From Chrysomallon squamiferum (Eukaryota; Animalia; Mollusca): 64,000 nt of DNA. The stretch is from contig CM022679.1 of NCBI GenBank assembly GCA_012295275.1, positions 9,300,001 through 9,364,000 of the forward strand, read 5' to 3'. The notes under the pieces are model-generated. The model made no database searches. It saw only the letters and a program-made list of their open reading frames with translations, and was not told where the DNA came from. Position 1 is the first letter of the stretch. Every line of letters begins with the position of its first letter. Positions 22,213 through 36,417 of this stretch are shown piece after piece. Made by a program: the position numbers and the translations under genes.

Positions 22213-25200
22213 ATTTCATCAGAACATTCAGTAAAAATGGGACACCAAACTTGAACACACTCCAAGGCATTATGCAAATCTTCTGTGTAAAACTGAAGTG
22301 TCAATTTGTCTTTCTTCCTGTAACCGTGGTAACAGACTTGCTTTTTCAACATTGATTTTAAATTTTTTTTTAAAAGAAGTTTTGAGCAAATATTAATCTT
22401 ATCAGAGAACCTGGGCCAGGAATCTTCACGACAGATGCACAATGAGATCTGAAAGGTTTTGAGAGAAATTTTCTGTCTTGAAAAGCTGAAGAACTGATAC
22501 ACAATCAAAATCTATTTTTACAGTCTTTCTTTTTCTTTTAAAACATGACAACATAGTGTGTACAGACAAGCATTTTACCAGGAATGAAACTCATTCATTT
22601 CAAACAGTGAATAACTGGTTTTGCACTTCGTGTGCAAAACAAGTATTTGGCACGTAACTTTTCCTAATTATTTTTGTCGTAAATTAATTAAAAATTATTT
22701 GGCAAGTTTTTGCCATTGTTTTTGTTAACTTTCCCTCCTCTTCTCTTCTCTTCTCTTCTCTTTTTACCATTTTGGGCATTATCAGTTCAGACCATCCAGC
22801 TTTGAGTTGGTTGGTTGGTTGGCCCAGAATAATTAAATAATTTATATATAAATTTTTCTTTTTAATTTTTTTTTTATTAAACTATCTTCAAACCAGTTAT
22901 TTTTCTTTGTAACTTTTTTCATTAAACTATCTTCAATCCAGTTGGTGAGAAGGTAATCAACAGGAATTACAAACGGCTTGTATTTGGATGTTACTATTAA
23001 TTTATATAAAATGCTTTTGGATAATTGATTTACCCAGGTGAGACAATTAAACCAAAACCAGTAAGTGACCATTGATGGAGAGTCAAAACCAGACACATAC
23101 ACCAATAAACAAAGCCAGGACAAAACCATTTACAGTACAGTAACATAATTCTCTTCTCTTAAAATAATGTTCCATCAAGACATTCCTAACAAAAGATGCA
23201 ATCAGCCATAACTGGATAGCTGTTGGGTTTCTATTTCTTTTCATTTTTTTTTAGTTTTTTTAAAAGCTGATAAATAAATGTCTTCAAAATGTTATAGTGT
23301 TTGGATTGCATTCGATCAACTGCCTTCACTTAAACTGTGCCATGTATTATGAATCTAGCTCATTCTTTCAATGTTATGTAAATATTTATTTTATTTTTTA
23401 ATGTTCTCTTGTGTATGTTGGCTTACATTGTGAATATTAATACAATTTCATTGTAACAAAAAAAAAAGGGGGGAAAAATCAATGGCATTGTTGACAGTTA
23501 ATTTTACTGTAATTTTCATCAATTTAAAGGATTTAGGGATTATATTTTTTACTGAATAAAAAAAAAATAATTTTACAGATATTAAAAATTCAAATACCTC
23601 GTCCATATTTTCCCAAAAAAAATATTTGTGGAGCATCATTTCTTTCTTTGATACTGCAGAAATGTCAAAACTATTAAAATACCTTTTTTTGTTTTATTTC
23701 TTCTCTTTTTTTTTTTCATTTTTTTTTTTTTCAATGCAGTTTAAATGCCAAAGATAAATGTTTAGATAATGCTATTAACATCATTCAAATAATATATGTA
23801 CATATACATATTAATATATGAACCATTACAAAGATAGATTTGAAAATGTAAACTTGTACATATTTTATTTAAAGATTGCTAAAAGAAATTTTGCAAGATT
23901 TGGATGTGTTTATTTGATGTCAGTTTTAAATTACTCAATTTTGATTCTATTTAAAGCAGAGAAAAAAAGTTAGTAATTTATTTTTATCTTTCTTTCTTTT
24001 CTTTTTTTAAACTTATAAACTTTAATACTCACTTCAAACCCAGTTTAATAGGTTTTTTGAATGCTGCAGTTTTTGTGTAGCTGTATAAAAAGCTTGTATA
24101 ATTTTTGGCAGTTTCATAGTACAACAACATTTAGTTATCTTGTTTTAAACACTGCTGAAAAAAAAAGTGTACAGCAGAAAACTGCATTTCACTAAACATC
24201 TACATTTCAGTTCCATTATTTCATGCGTATGTGACATGACATGTAACTTGGAATGCTGTTTAATGAAAGTTGATAGTCGTTCAGATTCTGCATTAATTAA
24301 TAACATTTCTTACAGATGATCTGTGTAATATAACAATAAAAAACTTCATGTATTTGACAGATATCTTACAAGTTGCTTGAAAGAATGTAAAATAAAAATA
24401 AATAAATCATTCATATTAATATATTTATATAACATCTTCAAGTACTAAACATTGATCTGTTCTGTTAAACATTTTTTTTTTTTTTGTATTAATTGCAGAT
24501 TCTTTAACATACTTGTTTTGGACATTGTTATATGGCTAAATTGCAATTCATACTAATTCCATTAACATATGAAAACTGATTTAATTCAGATTCACAGACA
24601 AGTAGGGACCATACGATGGCAGAAATGGTTACTGATAAGTCATTCAGTATAAATCTTAAAGAAAGTTTCTCAAGCTCAGCTAATATAGGCAAATAAAATA
24701 GATACGATATACAGTCAACATTTTTTTTAAAATAAAAATGGTAGCTACGCACATACACAGTATGAACATAAAATTTAACAATTTTTTAGTGAAATTGTAA
24801 GGTTAGGTTTTTAATTTCTTCTGCTTTATTATTTTTTTAAGTGAATTCTGTAAATTGAAGGTTCATATATGGTTTACAGTCTGAAATGAACTGTACTGTA
24901 ATAATATTTGAAGGATAATTAGTCTCAGAATTACATGTCATGGTGGACTAGTCAGAATTGCTGGGTTATTTTCTTCTTTTTTTCTTTTTAATAAATGAGC
25001 ACTTAGGATTTAAAAAATATATCTGTAGCAAGAATTAAGTCACTTGTCAGCACTAAAATCAGGCTAAAAGAATTGCATCTTCAATGCTGTTTTGATGAAT
25101 TGTTTTTATTTTATATTTGTAGCAGAACTGGAAAGGGTCATCTTATTGTACTTAATTTTGAAATTGATGAGAACATGAAGAGCTTCTGTTACTCAAATAT

Positions 25201-28200
25201 AGTTGAACTATTTTAAATTTTCAGTCCGTATGTTTTAAGACAATGCAGATTAACATTCAGAATAAAACAAATTCTGCTCTTATATTTTGTGCTGAAATAA
25301 TGGTGAAGATATTTCATCCAACAAACATCAGAATATTTCATACGTTATTTTATGAAATAAACAGAATATATTGTTTGTGTTAAAATATTTTAAAAAATAA
25401 AAACATTTGTGAAACAAAATTGCTTACCTTATTATTATTATTTTTTTAAATTGTTAATGTGGGAATATACTTTAGAAGAACAAAAAATCACAAAAAAAAA
25501 ATAATAATAAATGAAAAGATGCCACATTTTATGAGAGGAAAAAATTATTTTGTTTATTTTTTAAAAAGATCTGCTTTTTTATTATTATGTTTTGATTTTT
25601 GCTATTTAAGTTCTTAATGAAAACAAATGTAGATGTTAATTTCTTTTGTTGTTTTTTTCTGTGTACAAGTTAAAATTGAACAGTTGCAAATAACTAACAA
25701 TTATTATTTTTTTTTTTTTTAAAGCTAAAAAAGCAACAAAAATAAAATGATTATTTTTTAATGCTTCAGTGTCATTGATTTAATCTTTTTAATATTTTAA
25801 TCAGTCTTCTGTTGTCTTTAAAAAAAATGCTCAAATTACACAGTGGCTGCATTTATTTTTTACATGTACATTTTAATGCAGTTAACAGTGAATTTTACAC
25901 AGGTAATTATAATTATATAGGTAATTATCAATACACCTTTTTATTTTTTTTAAATTATTTCAAGTCTGAATTAACATTATTTAAGTTCATGCTATTGCAT
26001 AGATTTGTATGTTCACTACTGGCCATAACAATAAATAATTATCTTAAAGATGAGCTACAAATTGAAGTACTTGTTTGTTTATTTAATAAATATGGCAAAA
26101 TTGATTTTGGAAGATTTTTTTTTTTTTTTTTTAATTGTCCATTTTCAGAATTGGAAGATTTTTTATTTCATACCAAGGTGGAATCTTAGGCAGGTTGGCA
26201 GGTATTTTAAATATATAAATTAGCTTTTCTGATGTACATTATCTATGAAGTAGTGGCATTTATTGCATGGGCTATAGTGATGATGAGTAATGTTTATTTA
26301 TTGCATTAAACTGTTGTATTTGCATTAATAAAGCCATAATTACAGGCTATTTCTGTTTTGTCCAAACTCATGCATGCTTTAAGTTAAATTTTGACAAAAA
26401 TTCACTGAAGAGACGATCAAAATATAGTTTGGTTTTATCTTTATTATTTAAAAAAAAAAAATTCATAAATATTATTTCATGAGGTAGACAAAGTTTAAAC
26501 AACACAGAATACTTTCAAGGATTAAAAAACAAAGTACCAAGTATTTCAGTTTTCAGAGACAGCATAGTATCTTGTTCCATCAACAGCAAGAGATGTTTAT
26601 ATACAAAAATATTAATAAATAATAACATCCAAAACTATTTTGGAATTTATAATGGAGAAAAGTGTATTATAATTAAAGCAAAATAAACAAAAATTAAATC
26701 CAATGATATTTCCAATCTGTGAAATGAAGTTGCACTACTGCTTAAAGCTTAAATTTTAAAAATAAAAAATAAGATCCTTGATGATGCACTAAAGTAATAT
26801 ACAGTGTATTAAACTGGAATCTGTAAAATGTGTTTTTCAATAATGGTTTTGACTGCAACATATTAGTTTATAACTGACAAGAAGACGTAATTTATTTTAT
26901 AACTTGAACTAATTTTTGATGTAGTTACCTATCGTACATAATACAATCACAGACATTACTGTTAATGAGAGAAAAAGTGCTGCTGATATGCAATTGGTGA
27001 CTTTCATTTAGCAATAACCAATAACAAAATACACTGCATTCCAATTGCAGCTGAGTGCAGTTCTTATTAATGTCAAAGTATCAGTAATATTTTCAAAGCA
27101 ACTCTCCCAATCTGGATATCTTCTAATGAAATTTGTTAAACGGATGTTTTTATTTGGTGATAATACATTCCTTATAATGATAAAGGTTTTATTCTGCATC
27201 TGACATGGAATCCTGTAAATAAGTGTAAAAGATAAGTGTTATCACACTGTGTATAGTTCGTATTTTCAAATTGGATAAGTCAACTGGCAGGCTTGTATGA
27301 ATATACCTAAATAAAAAAATATATATTTTAAAAAAACCTTTAATCCAGTTGCATATAATGTAGTTCAAAGTGACAACTTTATTTTACTTAAATTTGAGTG
27401 CTGCTACTTTTTTAAAAAGCTGTTTGATTATAAAGAGAACACTTAATTGACAGCTAAAGTAAGAGATCAACAATGTACACAAAAACACAGTGTATGCTTA
27501 AGCCAGAGCACTGGGTAGGAGACAAGCTACAGTTATAATAAGAAACTAAACACAGACAATTTATACTTTTTAATTTTGAATTTATCTTTACAGGCAACAC
27601 ACAAAATAACAGAACATAAATTTCTCAAAACATTATGTACAGTTTATCACAGACAGCAACTACTCCAACCATGTGAATTTAAAGCCAGAAAACAAGTAGA
27701 TTTGGATGATAATGCTACTTGCTGGCAAAATGGAACAAAATGCCTGAAGAATTAAAATAATTATGCTTCATTTAAAAAAAAAAAAAAAAAAAAATTAAAA
27801 ACTATTAGTGTATATAAATATATGTAGTAAAGCAATAATAAATTTTGCATTTGTATGTATTTCGATCTAAAACAACGAAGTATTATTACTGTAGATTACT
27901 GTACTAATTTAAAAGGAATGTATGGGTTACCACATTTGGCACAGTTTGGTCATTGCCGATTTAAGTTATTAAAATGTTTCATAACATAAAAGCAACTTCC
28001 AAATCTGTCTTTCACCCTTCAGTGACCTACTAATCACAACATGTTAAGGACTTTGACAACACATGGACCAAGTGATTCACTCATTCTCCCATCACTTACT
28101 GCATGGATCAACCATAAATCAGTCTCACAAAACTCGGTGGTCCAGTGCTTCAAATCCTCCATACCCAAATTAATCATGTTAAATACCAACTCAGAGAAGG

Positions 28201-28947
28201 AATTTTAAGTTAATGTTGAAATTCACTGTCAGGTTTCATGATTAGCAAAAATACTATTAAAGTATACCATGGGAGTACGAATGAATTGTCTAGAACCATT
28301 TTTTTTTTCTTATAAATTATTATTATATTTGGCTTTAGTGATTTATAATCATTAATAACAAATTATGACAATGGAATAATACTGTTATAAAATATTTGAA
28401 TGCCTCCATTTGACTCTTTACAACTAGTAAAATGCTGGAAGAAACCAGAACAAAGTGGTTCATCCTGTACATGATGATGTCACAGCTAGAGAAAAATAGC
28501 AGCATTCAGATATTTCTAAATTGTACTTTTTCGTTGTTATACTTTATTAAAAATTAAAATTAAATTGCAAAAAACAACAATTTGGAAATGAATTTAGACT
28601 CTTTCTTATTATCAACATGGCTATAAAAGTTACCTGACTGAGTAAAAAGCTGATGCAAGTGCAACCTGCAATGCTTTAAAGATCTGTAATATATGTTCTC
28701 TTTTTTTCTCACTGTCCTGGGTGATTTTTTTGGCGGGGGGGCGGGGTTATAACACTTTTTAAATAGGATATGGAGAAATTACATCACCGCGTTAACATGT
28801 TGTGACTAGTTTTATATATATATATATATATATTAAAAACTTATTTTATTCTACATTTTATTAAAATACTAAAGGAAATGTAAAGCAGTTAATGGTATTT
28901 TTCAATCACATACATGAAGTGTGAATAAATCAGCACTGTTGAAAGAA

Positions 28948-30955
28948 TTAAATGAATTCAATTCCTTCATATTTCACATTTCCTATTATTTTTTCAGACA
29001 TGATAATCTCTCCGTCAATGGTGAAGGCTAACATGTAAGTTGCAATCTTCCCATTAATCTCTTCGGATTTCAGTGCAATTATAACAGTATCCTCAGTTCC
29101 AGGCACAAATTTAAAGGATGAAAAACCCCTTGTTGGATATGTCAACCCCACATGGGTGACCTGAATATCACTGAAAAATTTGTCTGCTGTAATTAGGAGA
29201 TTGGTCCCATGCTTTTCATCAGAAACTTCGTCATATTTCTGTGAACTAGCACGACGAGGAAGAAAAAACCACTTTTGATGAATGTCACTCCAAACTGCAG
29301 ATTCATGTATCATATATCCTAGAAAAAAAAAAAAAAAAAAATAAAATAATAAAAATAATAATAATAATAATAAATAAATAATAAAATAATAATAATTTTA
29401 ATATTTGATTATTTTAAATGATGATTTCAACAAAAACACATAATTATTTATAAACTGATTATATATCTTTCATTTGCATAAAAAAACAAAAAAATAAAAA
29501 TAAAAATAAAGTAATCTAAAACATAATCTAACTGCTGGGTGTATGGCACTGACAAATTAAGTGATGGATTATAACCACTTTTTTTGGAAGCCTTTCAACA
29601 TAGCCTAAGATGATATAACCAATGCAGTCTATGAGTTCGTGCAGCAAACAGTATATCAAAATTATAATGTAAACTGGTGAAAGCTCATTATTGTCTCATA
29701 CCTGGCAAAAGAGTTCCTGTTTTCTTCCTGAGAGCATTGTATTTTTCATGCCAGTCGTAATGGCGAACATCGCCATTTTGTCCAACTGATTTGACCCACT
29801 GAGGGTCAAAATTGACCACTTCACCTGTTGCTGTTGTCCATTCCTTACCCAAACCTCCAACATATAACCTCTGTTCCTTCACTGTGGCCCATTCACATTT
29901 AAAACCTACAACAGAAAGTTTTTGTTATTGTTGGCATTTTCTGTGTGCTATTAAATTATTATTATTATTATTATATATACATACATACTTGTTGTGTATC
30001 ACATATTAATTTTATGTAATATAGACATTCCTCACATTATGCAAAATCCTGCAGATGTCACAATATACGACGGAGTACTTGTGTGTCACAAATACATAAC
30101 AGTATAATGAATATTAAAGTTTTTTAATTTAAAAAAATAAGCCAGAATTTCCAATGATTTGTCTTTGGAAAATATCCATTTCTTATTTAAGAAAATATTT
30201 CACTGAACATTTTAGTCATCTATTTTTGGTATATTTCACATATTTAACGGAGCAAATATTTACCCAAATGTTTGGAAACTTGAATGAATCATAAAATGAT
30301 GCAATTTAGATACAAACCTTTACTTCTTTGTCCATTGCCATCCGATAGAATTACCCATGGAATTACATGATTGTTGAAAATTTCATAAATTACACCTGTC
30401 CTATCGTCAAATGAATATAATTTACCATTAAAACACAACTAGTTCTGATAATTCCATTCCTCTTCCACCATGAGAATAAGATGAGCTAAGCACAATTGGT
30501 TGTTCCAAATTAACAACTATTTTCTTATAATCATCAGATATTGTGAGATTTCCTGTCCTGAAATAACTGATCCATGTATATTTCTTTTCTCTACTTTTGG
30601 AATTTGTGTCTAGATCTGTAATAAGTCCAATTTTGTACGTGTAACCTCCCTTAACTTTTATGGGTTTCGTTAGTGGATAGGTATTGTTGTAGGGTACACT
30701 CAATAACAGATGTGTGTAATCTAGTATATTACTGCATGGTATACTCGACGATTTTGGTATAAACATAATGAATAAAATAAGTACAGCCCCTGTAAATAAA
30801 GCCATGTAAAATATAGTTCTTGTTTTCAAATGTAATTTGGCATTGCCCACTCTGTATGGAGTTGGACGACGAATAGCTTTCATCCATTCTTGTACAGACG
30901 ACGGATAACTAGCTGATATCATATCTAGTCCCTCTTCATCAGATGATAAACTCAT
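28948..30955 (-). CDS. CANT1: Calcium-activated nucleotidase 1 (apyrase); apparent +1 frameshift at ~30430
   Basis: Exons 30318-30955, 29702-29905, 28948-29318. N-terminal TM anchor and motifs [18 protein letters not shown][fs][81 protein letters not shown]. Confidence 0.93.
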
Positions 30956-31049
30956 TGAGGATGGTTTCAGGAAAAAATACTTCTAATAAAACCATGACAG
31001 GTACCCAAGAACAGCCGACTAACGTTGCTGCTAGCCGACCAAACGTTAC

Positions 31050-31311
31050 CTTCGTGTACTAGTAGCCATTTTGAAATTTACATTTCCGCACAAAATGTAT
31101 ACGTTGAATTAATTTCAAATGTAATTTTAATTTATATAGAATATATTATATAAAAGCTAAAATATAATATATGTAAAATTCTGAAGTTGTTGTTTTTATA
31201 AAACAAAATAAAAACCTTATTTTCTGCGTTCCAACAAGAAAATGATTTCCGGTAAACCTTGTTATCGTATACACGTGTTGTCTTAATTTTTTAACTTTTA
31301 TTAAATTTGTA
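31050..31311. promoter_or_regulatory. Compact bidirectional promoter between CANT1 and RSL1D1
   Basis: Divergent genes with ATGs ~360 bp apart. ETS-like ATTTCCG motifs on each side (~31082, ~31246) and a YY1-like CAAAATGGC on the CANT1 side. Confidence 0.55.
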
Positions 31312-34300
31312 ATGGATGGCAAAGTGACCGAGATTAAACTCTCAAAAGAACAGGTTATATTTTTTGCCTCTAAAAATAGATTTTTTATTGATATTATCGA
31401 AGTTTTTCAGAGTTTTTAGTGTATAGTTAGCCGTTAGTGTTAGTAATCTGCTATTCATAATATGATAATTAAGTTTATTCAATAAATATAAACTATAAAC
31501 ATTATTGTCGTACTGATTATCATTTTATTGTAGATGCGTAAATCGTAAACACTTTTTGTCAGAGTTTTTTGTTAATGTTCTTTGATTTCAATGTTGGTGG
31601 TTTAGGTGGATGTTCCACCCAATACCACAAAGAAATTCTGCCAATTTACAACTAGATATTTTGATTCATTTCCACCACAACTTTGTTAAACATACTCCTG
31701 ATACTAAAGCAAGCTGGAGAATATATAGGGAAACCCAGTTTAACCTGGTACATTTTATAAATCATTTACAGTAGGAAGCCCTTAGTTTAAATCTATCCTA
31801 ATCAGTAAGCTAGACCTAATCCTGCCTAATTGATCCTAATTAATAAGTGTAACAAGTCACCACCCCTGCACAACATGAAGCCTCTTTCTTTAATCTAGCA
31901 TAACCAATAAACTTAACAATTACCCCATGCATACTATGATGCCACATTCAATAATCTGCAAACACATACATTTTCTGAATTTTTTCCAGCCAACGCTTTA
32001 AGAACAAAAAGATATATACTGTTCAAAATACATTGACTTAGATAGTTCATAACAAATTAAACTTAAGAAGGAAAAACATTCTACAAACATTTAATTTGTT
32101 AATTCATCAGATTTTAAGCAGTCTAATAATAATAATATATAGTTTAAATTTGTAGCATTCTTGTATTACATTTCCAGGTTATCAAAGCAGTAGAGGCCTT
32201 GCGAGCATTAATAAAACGAAGACAGAAGAAAAAGAAACTACTTGATGATCCTGAAAAAATTGTACTACAATTATGTTTCATGAAAATACCACAAACAAAA
32301 AATATTACCATAAAACTGTAAGTACTGTCAACATAGGCAGTTAGATAGTGTAATGATCAATATCTTTGAATCATTTCAGAACATGCAGCAGTTAAACTGG
32401 ATTACACATAATGCAATCTGGCAAAATAACAGTAACATTTAATAGGTTTGGATTTTTTGGATGTGTTTTTTTTTTTTTGCCAATTTGTAAATACAAAATA
32501 AACATAATTTGGAGGGGAAAAATTTACATGTAATAGTATTAAATACAATCTGTTATTAGCAGCTGTGGATAACAAATAGGTACTAAATCTGCAGTGGACC
32601 CTGCAGGAATATCCAGCATCAGAAAATTAGCTTGTTACCAGTTTAATTATGTTCTGACATTTACACCTGGAATTTTAATTTTAATATGACAAATAATTCC
32701 TGGGGGTTTTTTTGTGATATAATTAAAATAATAACATATTTTTCTTTATTTTTATGTTTTATGTTTTAAAATTATAATTACTGTTTTATAAATTATTTGG
32801 TGTAGATTTTAAATCATGATAATTACAACTCTGTCTTGCATGTTTTTTTTTTGGTTGTTGTTGTTGTGACAAGAAGTCAGTTAATTTTTTATGTTTCAGA
32901 GGCATAAATTATTATTAAAAATACAACATTTTCAAGCTTTAAGCAGTAATTTTGTATGTTTTGTAGGAATGTTCCACACCCAATAGCACAAGATAACATT
33001 GATGTGTGTTTGTTTGTCAAAGATCTAGACAAAACCTCTCGAGATTATGAACCAACAGAGAGACATTTCAAGGAATTGCTCAGCAAAAATAATGTGACTT
33101 GCATAACAAAGGTAGGTATTTAAATAGGAGATTTAGATAAATGCACTATCATGTTTTGGATTATGTTTGAGGAAATGGGGATTTGAGAAAAATAATTATC
33201 TAGCCCATAAAAAATTGTAATGCTATGTAGTGAATGTTCCATTACTTATCATATCATTATTGTTTCAGATGAAAATTATACTAATTCAGCAGACCGTTTA
33301 AACATATGGAATATGTATTTTTATTTTTTCTTCATTTTCTTATAGGTAATTCCTTTGAAATCACTGAAGTTAGAATACAAGCCTTTTGAAATAAAAAGGA
33401 ATCTTTCCAACATGTACGATTTGTATTTAGCAGATGATAGAATAATTCGACTGTTGCCAACATTTCTAGGCAAAGCCTTCTATGGAAGAAAACGGTAGTT
33501 ATAAATTGTGATTTTTTTTCCAGTCAAAAGATTTATTTATTCATGTATTACCTGTTATTTTCTATTTAATTTATTGGATTTTTATTTTTCCTTTTTTATA
33601 TCCCATTATTCATAAAGTAAGTCTTATGTAATTTTATTTCTGAAAGTTCAGGAATTTAGTAAATTTTCGAGAATTATGTCACAAGTTATCAGCTGTTTAA
33701 TAATGTAGTGTATGGCATTAATATTGTCAGAAATAGTGTTATTTGTTATTATTTTTTTTAAATATACATTATACTTTTGCTACTGATGATTCAAAATAAT
33801 TTTTTTATAATTAAATAATCTTAAAATGCTATATTTATAGAATGTTTCATTTGATTTTCTTAATATTTTTTTAATATTTTTTTAATTGTTTTTTACTCTT
33901 CTATTCTAAGGATTCCAGTACAGGTAAATCTGAAAGCCAAAGATCTAAAAAATGAAATTGACAAAGCTGTAAACAATTCCAGATGTTACATCACTGGCAA
34001 GGGATCGTCATGGTAATGTACTAAAAAAACAACAACATGATAATACAGTTTCAGATGATATACTCCAGAAATAAAATGCATTTTTAAGAATTTGTATTTT
34101 GAAATGAATGTTAAAATGTCTGAAATTTTATGTAAAAACATTTTTGAGGTATAATAATGATCATTTTGGAATAGAATGAAGAAACTGACGAAATGTTTAA
34201 CATCTGAAACATCATGGTTTTTTCTGTGGTATTTTTCCAGTATTAAACTAAAAATAGTTTAATGAAAAGATGAAGGAAAACATCTACGTTTTTTATACTC

Positions 34301-35442
34301 TCTTTACAAAATTATGCCATTAAAAATAATTGAGTTTGTTTTGTAATTTATATATTTATTTAATGTGATTACATTATTGGCTCTTATCTTAACTTATTCT
34401 TTGTATTTTTTTTCCTATCAGTATGGCTACTGTTGCTCACTCAGGAATGACGACAGAAGAAATTGCTGAAAACATAATAGCTTCTGCTGATCAGCTGTCA
34501 CAAAAAATTCCTGGTGGTCCTAACAATGTCAAACTGTTAGTTATCAAAACACTTCTGTCTCCTAGTGTGACAATTTATGCAGCAATTGGTAAGTTATCAG
34601 CAAAGTTTTCTTTTTCTTCACACATATTCAGTGCTGAAATTTTGTTTTTAAAAACAAGAAATTACTAATGCTGATCCTAAATTCTTTAATTTATCAGCAC
34701 AAGTGTGCACAGTATTTTAACATTGTGATTTCAACTATTGGTGATTTAACAAATGGTTTTGTTCTTTCTTCCATTTCATGACATTTTTTGATGGTATTGA
34801 TGTAAACTCTTTTAATTTATCACATAAAAATTGTAAAGAAACTTTAACTCTATAGTGGTAATTAAATGCCCATGCTGACCACCTCTCTATAATAAAAAAA
34901 ACAAAAATAACAACAAAGGCACCTAAAATACATTGCAGCTTTTTATGCCTCATACTATTTTAGGTTTTTTATAGATTGATATCATTTCTCATTATAAAAA
35001 CATTCAAATTGTAAGTCAGCTATTGTTTTACACTGTCACCAACACCTCATTTTGCACTGTTATCAGTACTTAAAAACTTTTTTCCATTTTGTTAGGTTCA
35101 CCAGTTGATGTAACTCTGCCTGAAATAGAACACACAAAGAACAAAGATACCATTGGACCAGAAGAAATAACAACTTTGGTTGGTGCGAAAGTCAAAGTAA
35201 CATCAGATGGCAAAGTGTTTATCATCAAAAAAAGACATTCAAGAAAGAGAAAAGCAGATCCTGCAACCTCAGAAAAATCAGATAATTCAGATGAGGATGC
35301 ATCATTAATTAGAAAGTCAGATGTTAAAAAACTGAAGAAACCCAAAACCAGTAAACAGCTGTCAAGCTCAAAAAAAACTGGAATTTCTGTAAAATATTCA
35401 TCAAAGAAGAAATCTCGCCCAGTTAAGAAACCAAAAAATTAA
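31312..35442 (+). CDS. RSL1D1: Ribosomal L1 domain-containing protein 1, 7 exons, ~363 aa
   Basis: Exons 31312-31353, 32178-32317, 32967-33111, 33346-33494, 33911-34012, 34422-34588, 35096-35442 (1092 nt). Motifs EQVIKAVEAL, DVCLFVKD, LKLEYKPFEIKRNLSNMYDLYLADDRIIRLLPTFLGKAFYGRKRIPVQVNL, VAHSGMTTEEIAENI, and a Lys-rich tail. AATAAA at ~35486. Confidence 0.9.
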
Positions 35443-36417
35443 AAAACTGGAGTCATTAATTTCAATTTGAAATGTTTTGCTTTTCAATAAAACCATTCAG
35501 AATGTTAGTAATAATATTTCTGTTGTTGGTTTGAATGCTGTGAGAAAGTATTGTTTATTTTTTTTTTCTTCTTTAAATTCAGAACCTTATTGAAGCAAAG
35601 ATGATCTTGTTTTATAGAGCTAAGATCCTTCACAGTCAGTGAAGTACAGTTGCATAATATTTAAATGAAACAGTTCATAATGATTTTTATAATTTATTAC
35701 AGTTATTTTACAATAATACAATTTATAGACAACAATACAAATATAAAATCTATAAATTGAAAAAATATGATATGAAAAATGAAAAAGTGTAAGATAAAAA
35801 AAGATACACTTCAGTTAGAATAAATCCAAAATAACATGATCATGTTTCCAAGCTTCAAGCAAATGATAATACTGTTTAACAATAAGGCAGATATTTTTTT
35901 TTCATGATTTGGAATTGTCACTTTTCCTTGACAAAAGCTGAATAAAAGCAGATTACACAATTAAAATATCCCACAGTGTATATGGTGTGTCAGATACCAA
36001 CAATAACAACAATATAAATATAAAATTCCATCAAAGTACCCAAATTTTATACAGCAAATGTGTATGAAATTTACTAAATGCTCTTTACTGTTGTATTGAT
36101 CAAGAATTATTAAATCTTTAAAGCTCTTGCAACCAACATCATTTTTTTTTATCATCCATCATTTTAATCTCTATGTGCATTACAAGTATTAATGAATGTT
36201 TTTATTACTAATAAACCATTTTGAGTATTTAAATCGTATCTCCAAAACTGGATTTCAGATAAAAGGATAATCAATATATATATCTACTCTGCCTAAATCA
36301 TGATCAACATGCATATTTTGGGATAAATTAAGTATTCCAATTTTCTTGGCAAAGTTTCCCAAAAATACACAAAACTTGCACCTCCTCAACAAGTGAATTT
36401 AATTTTTTTTTCTTTTT

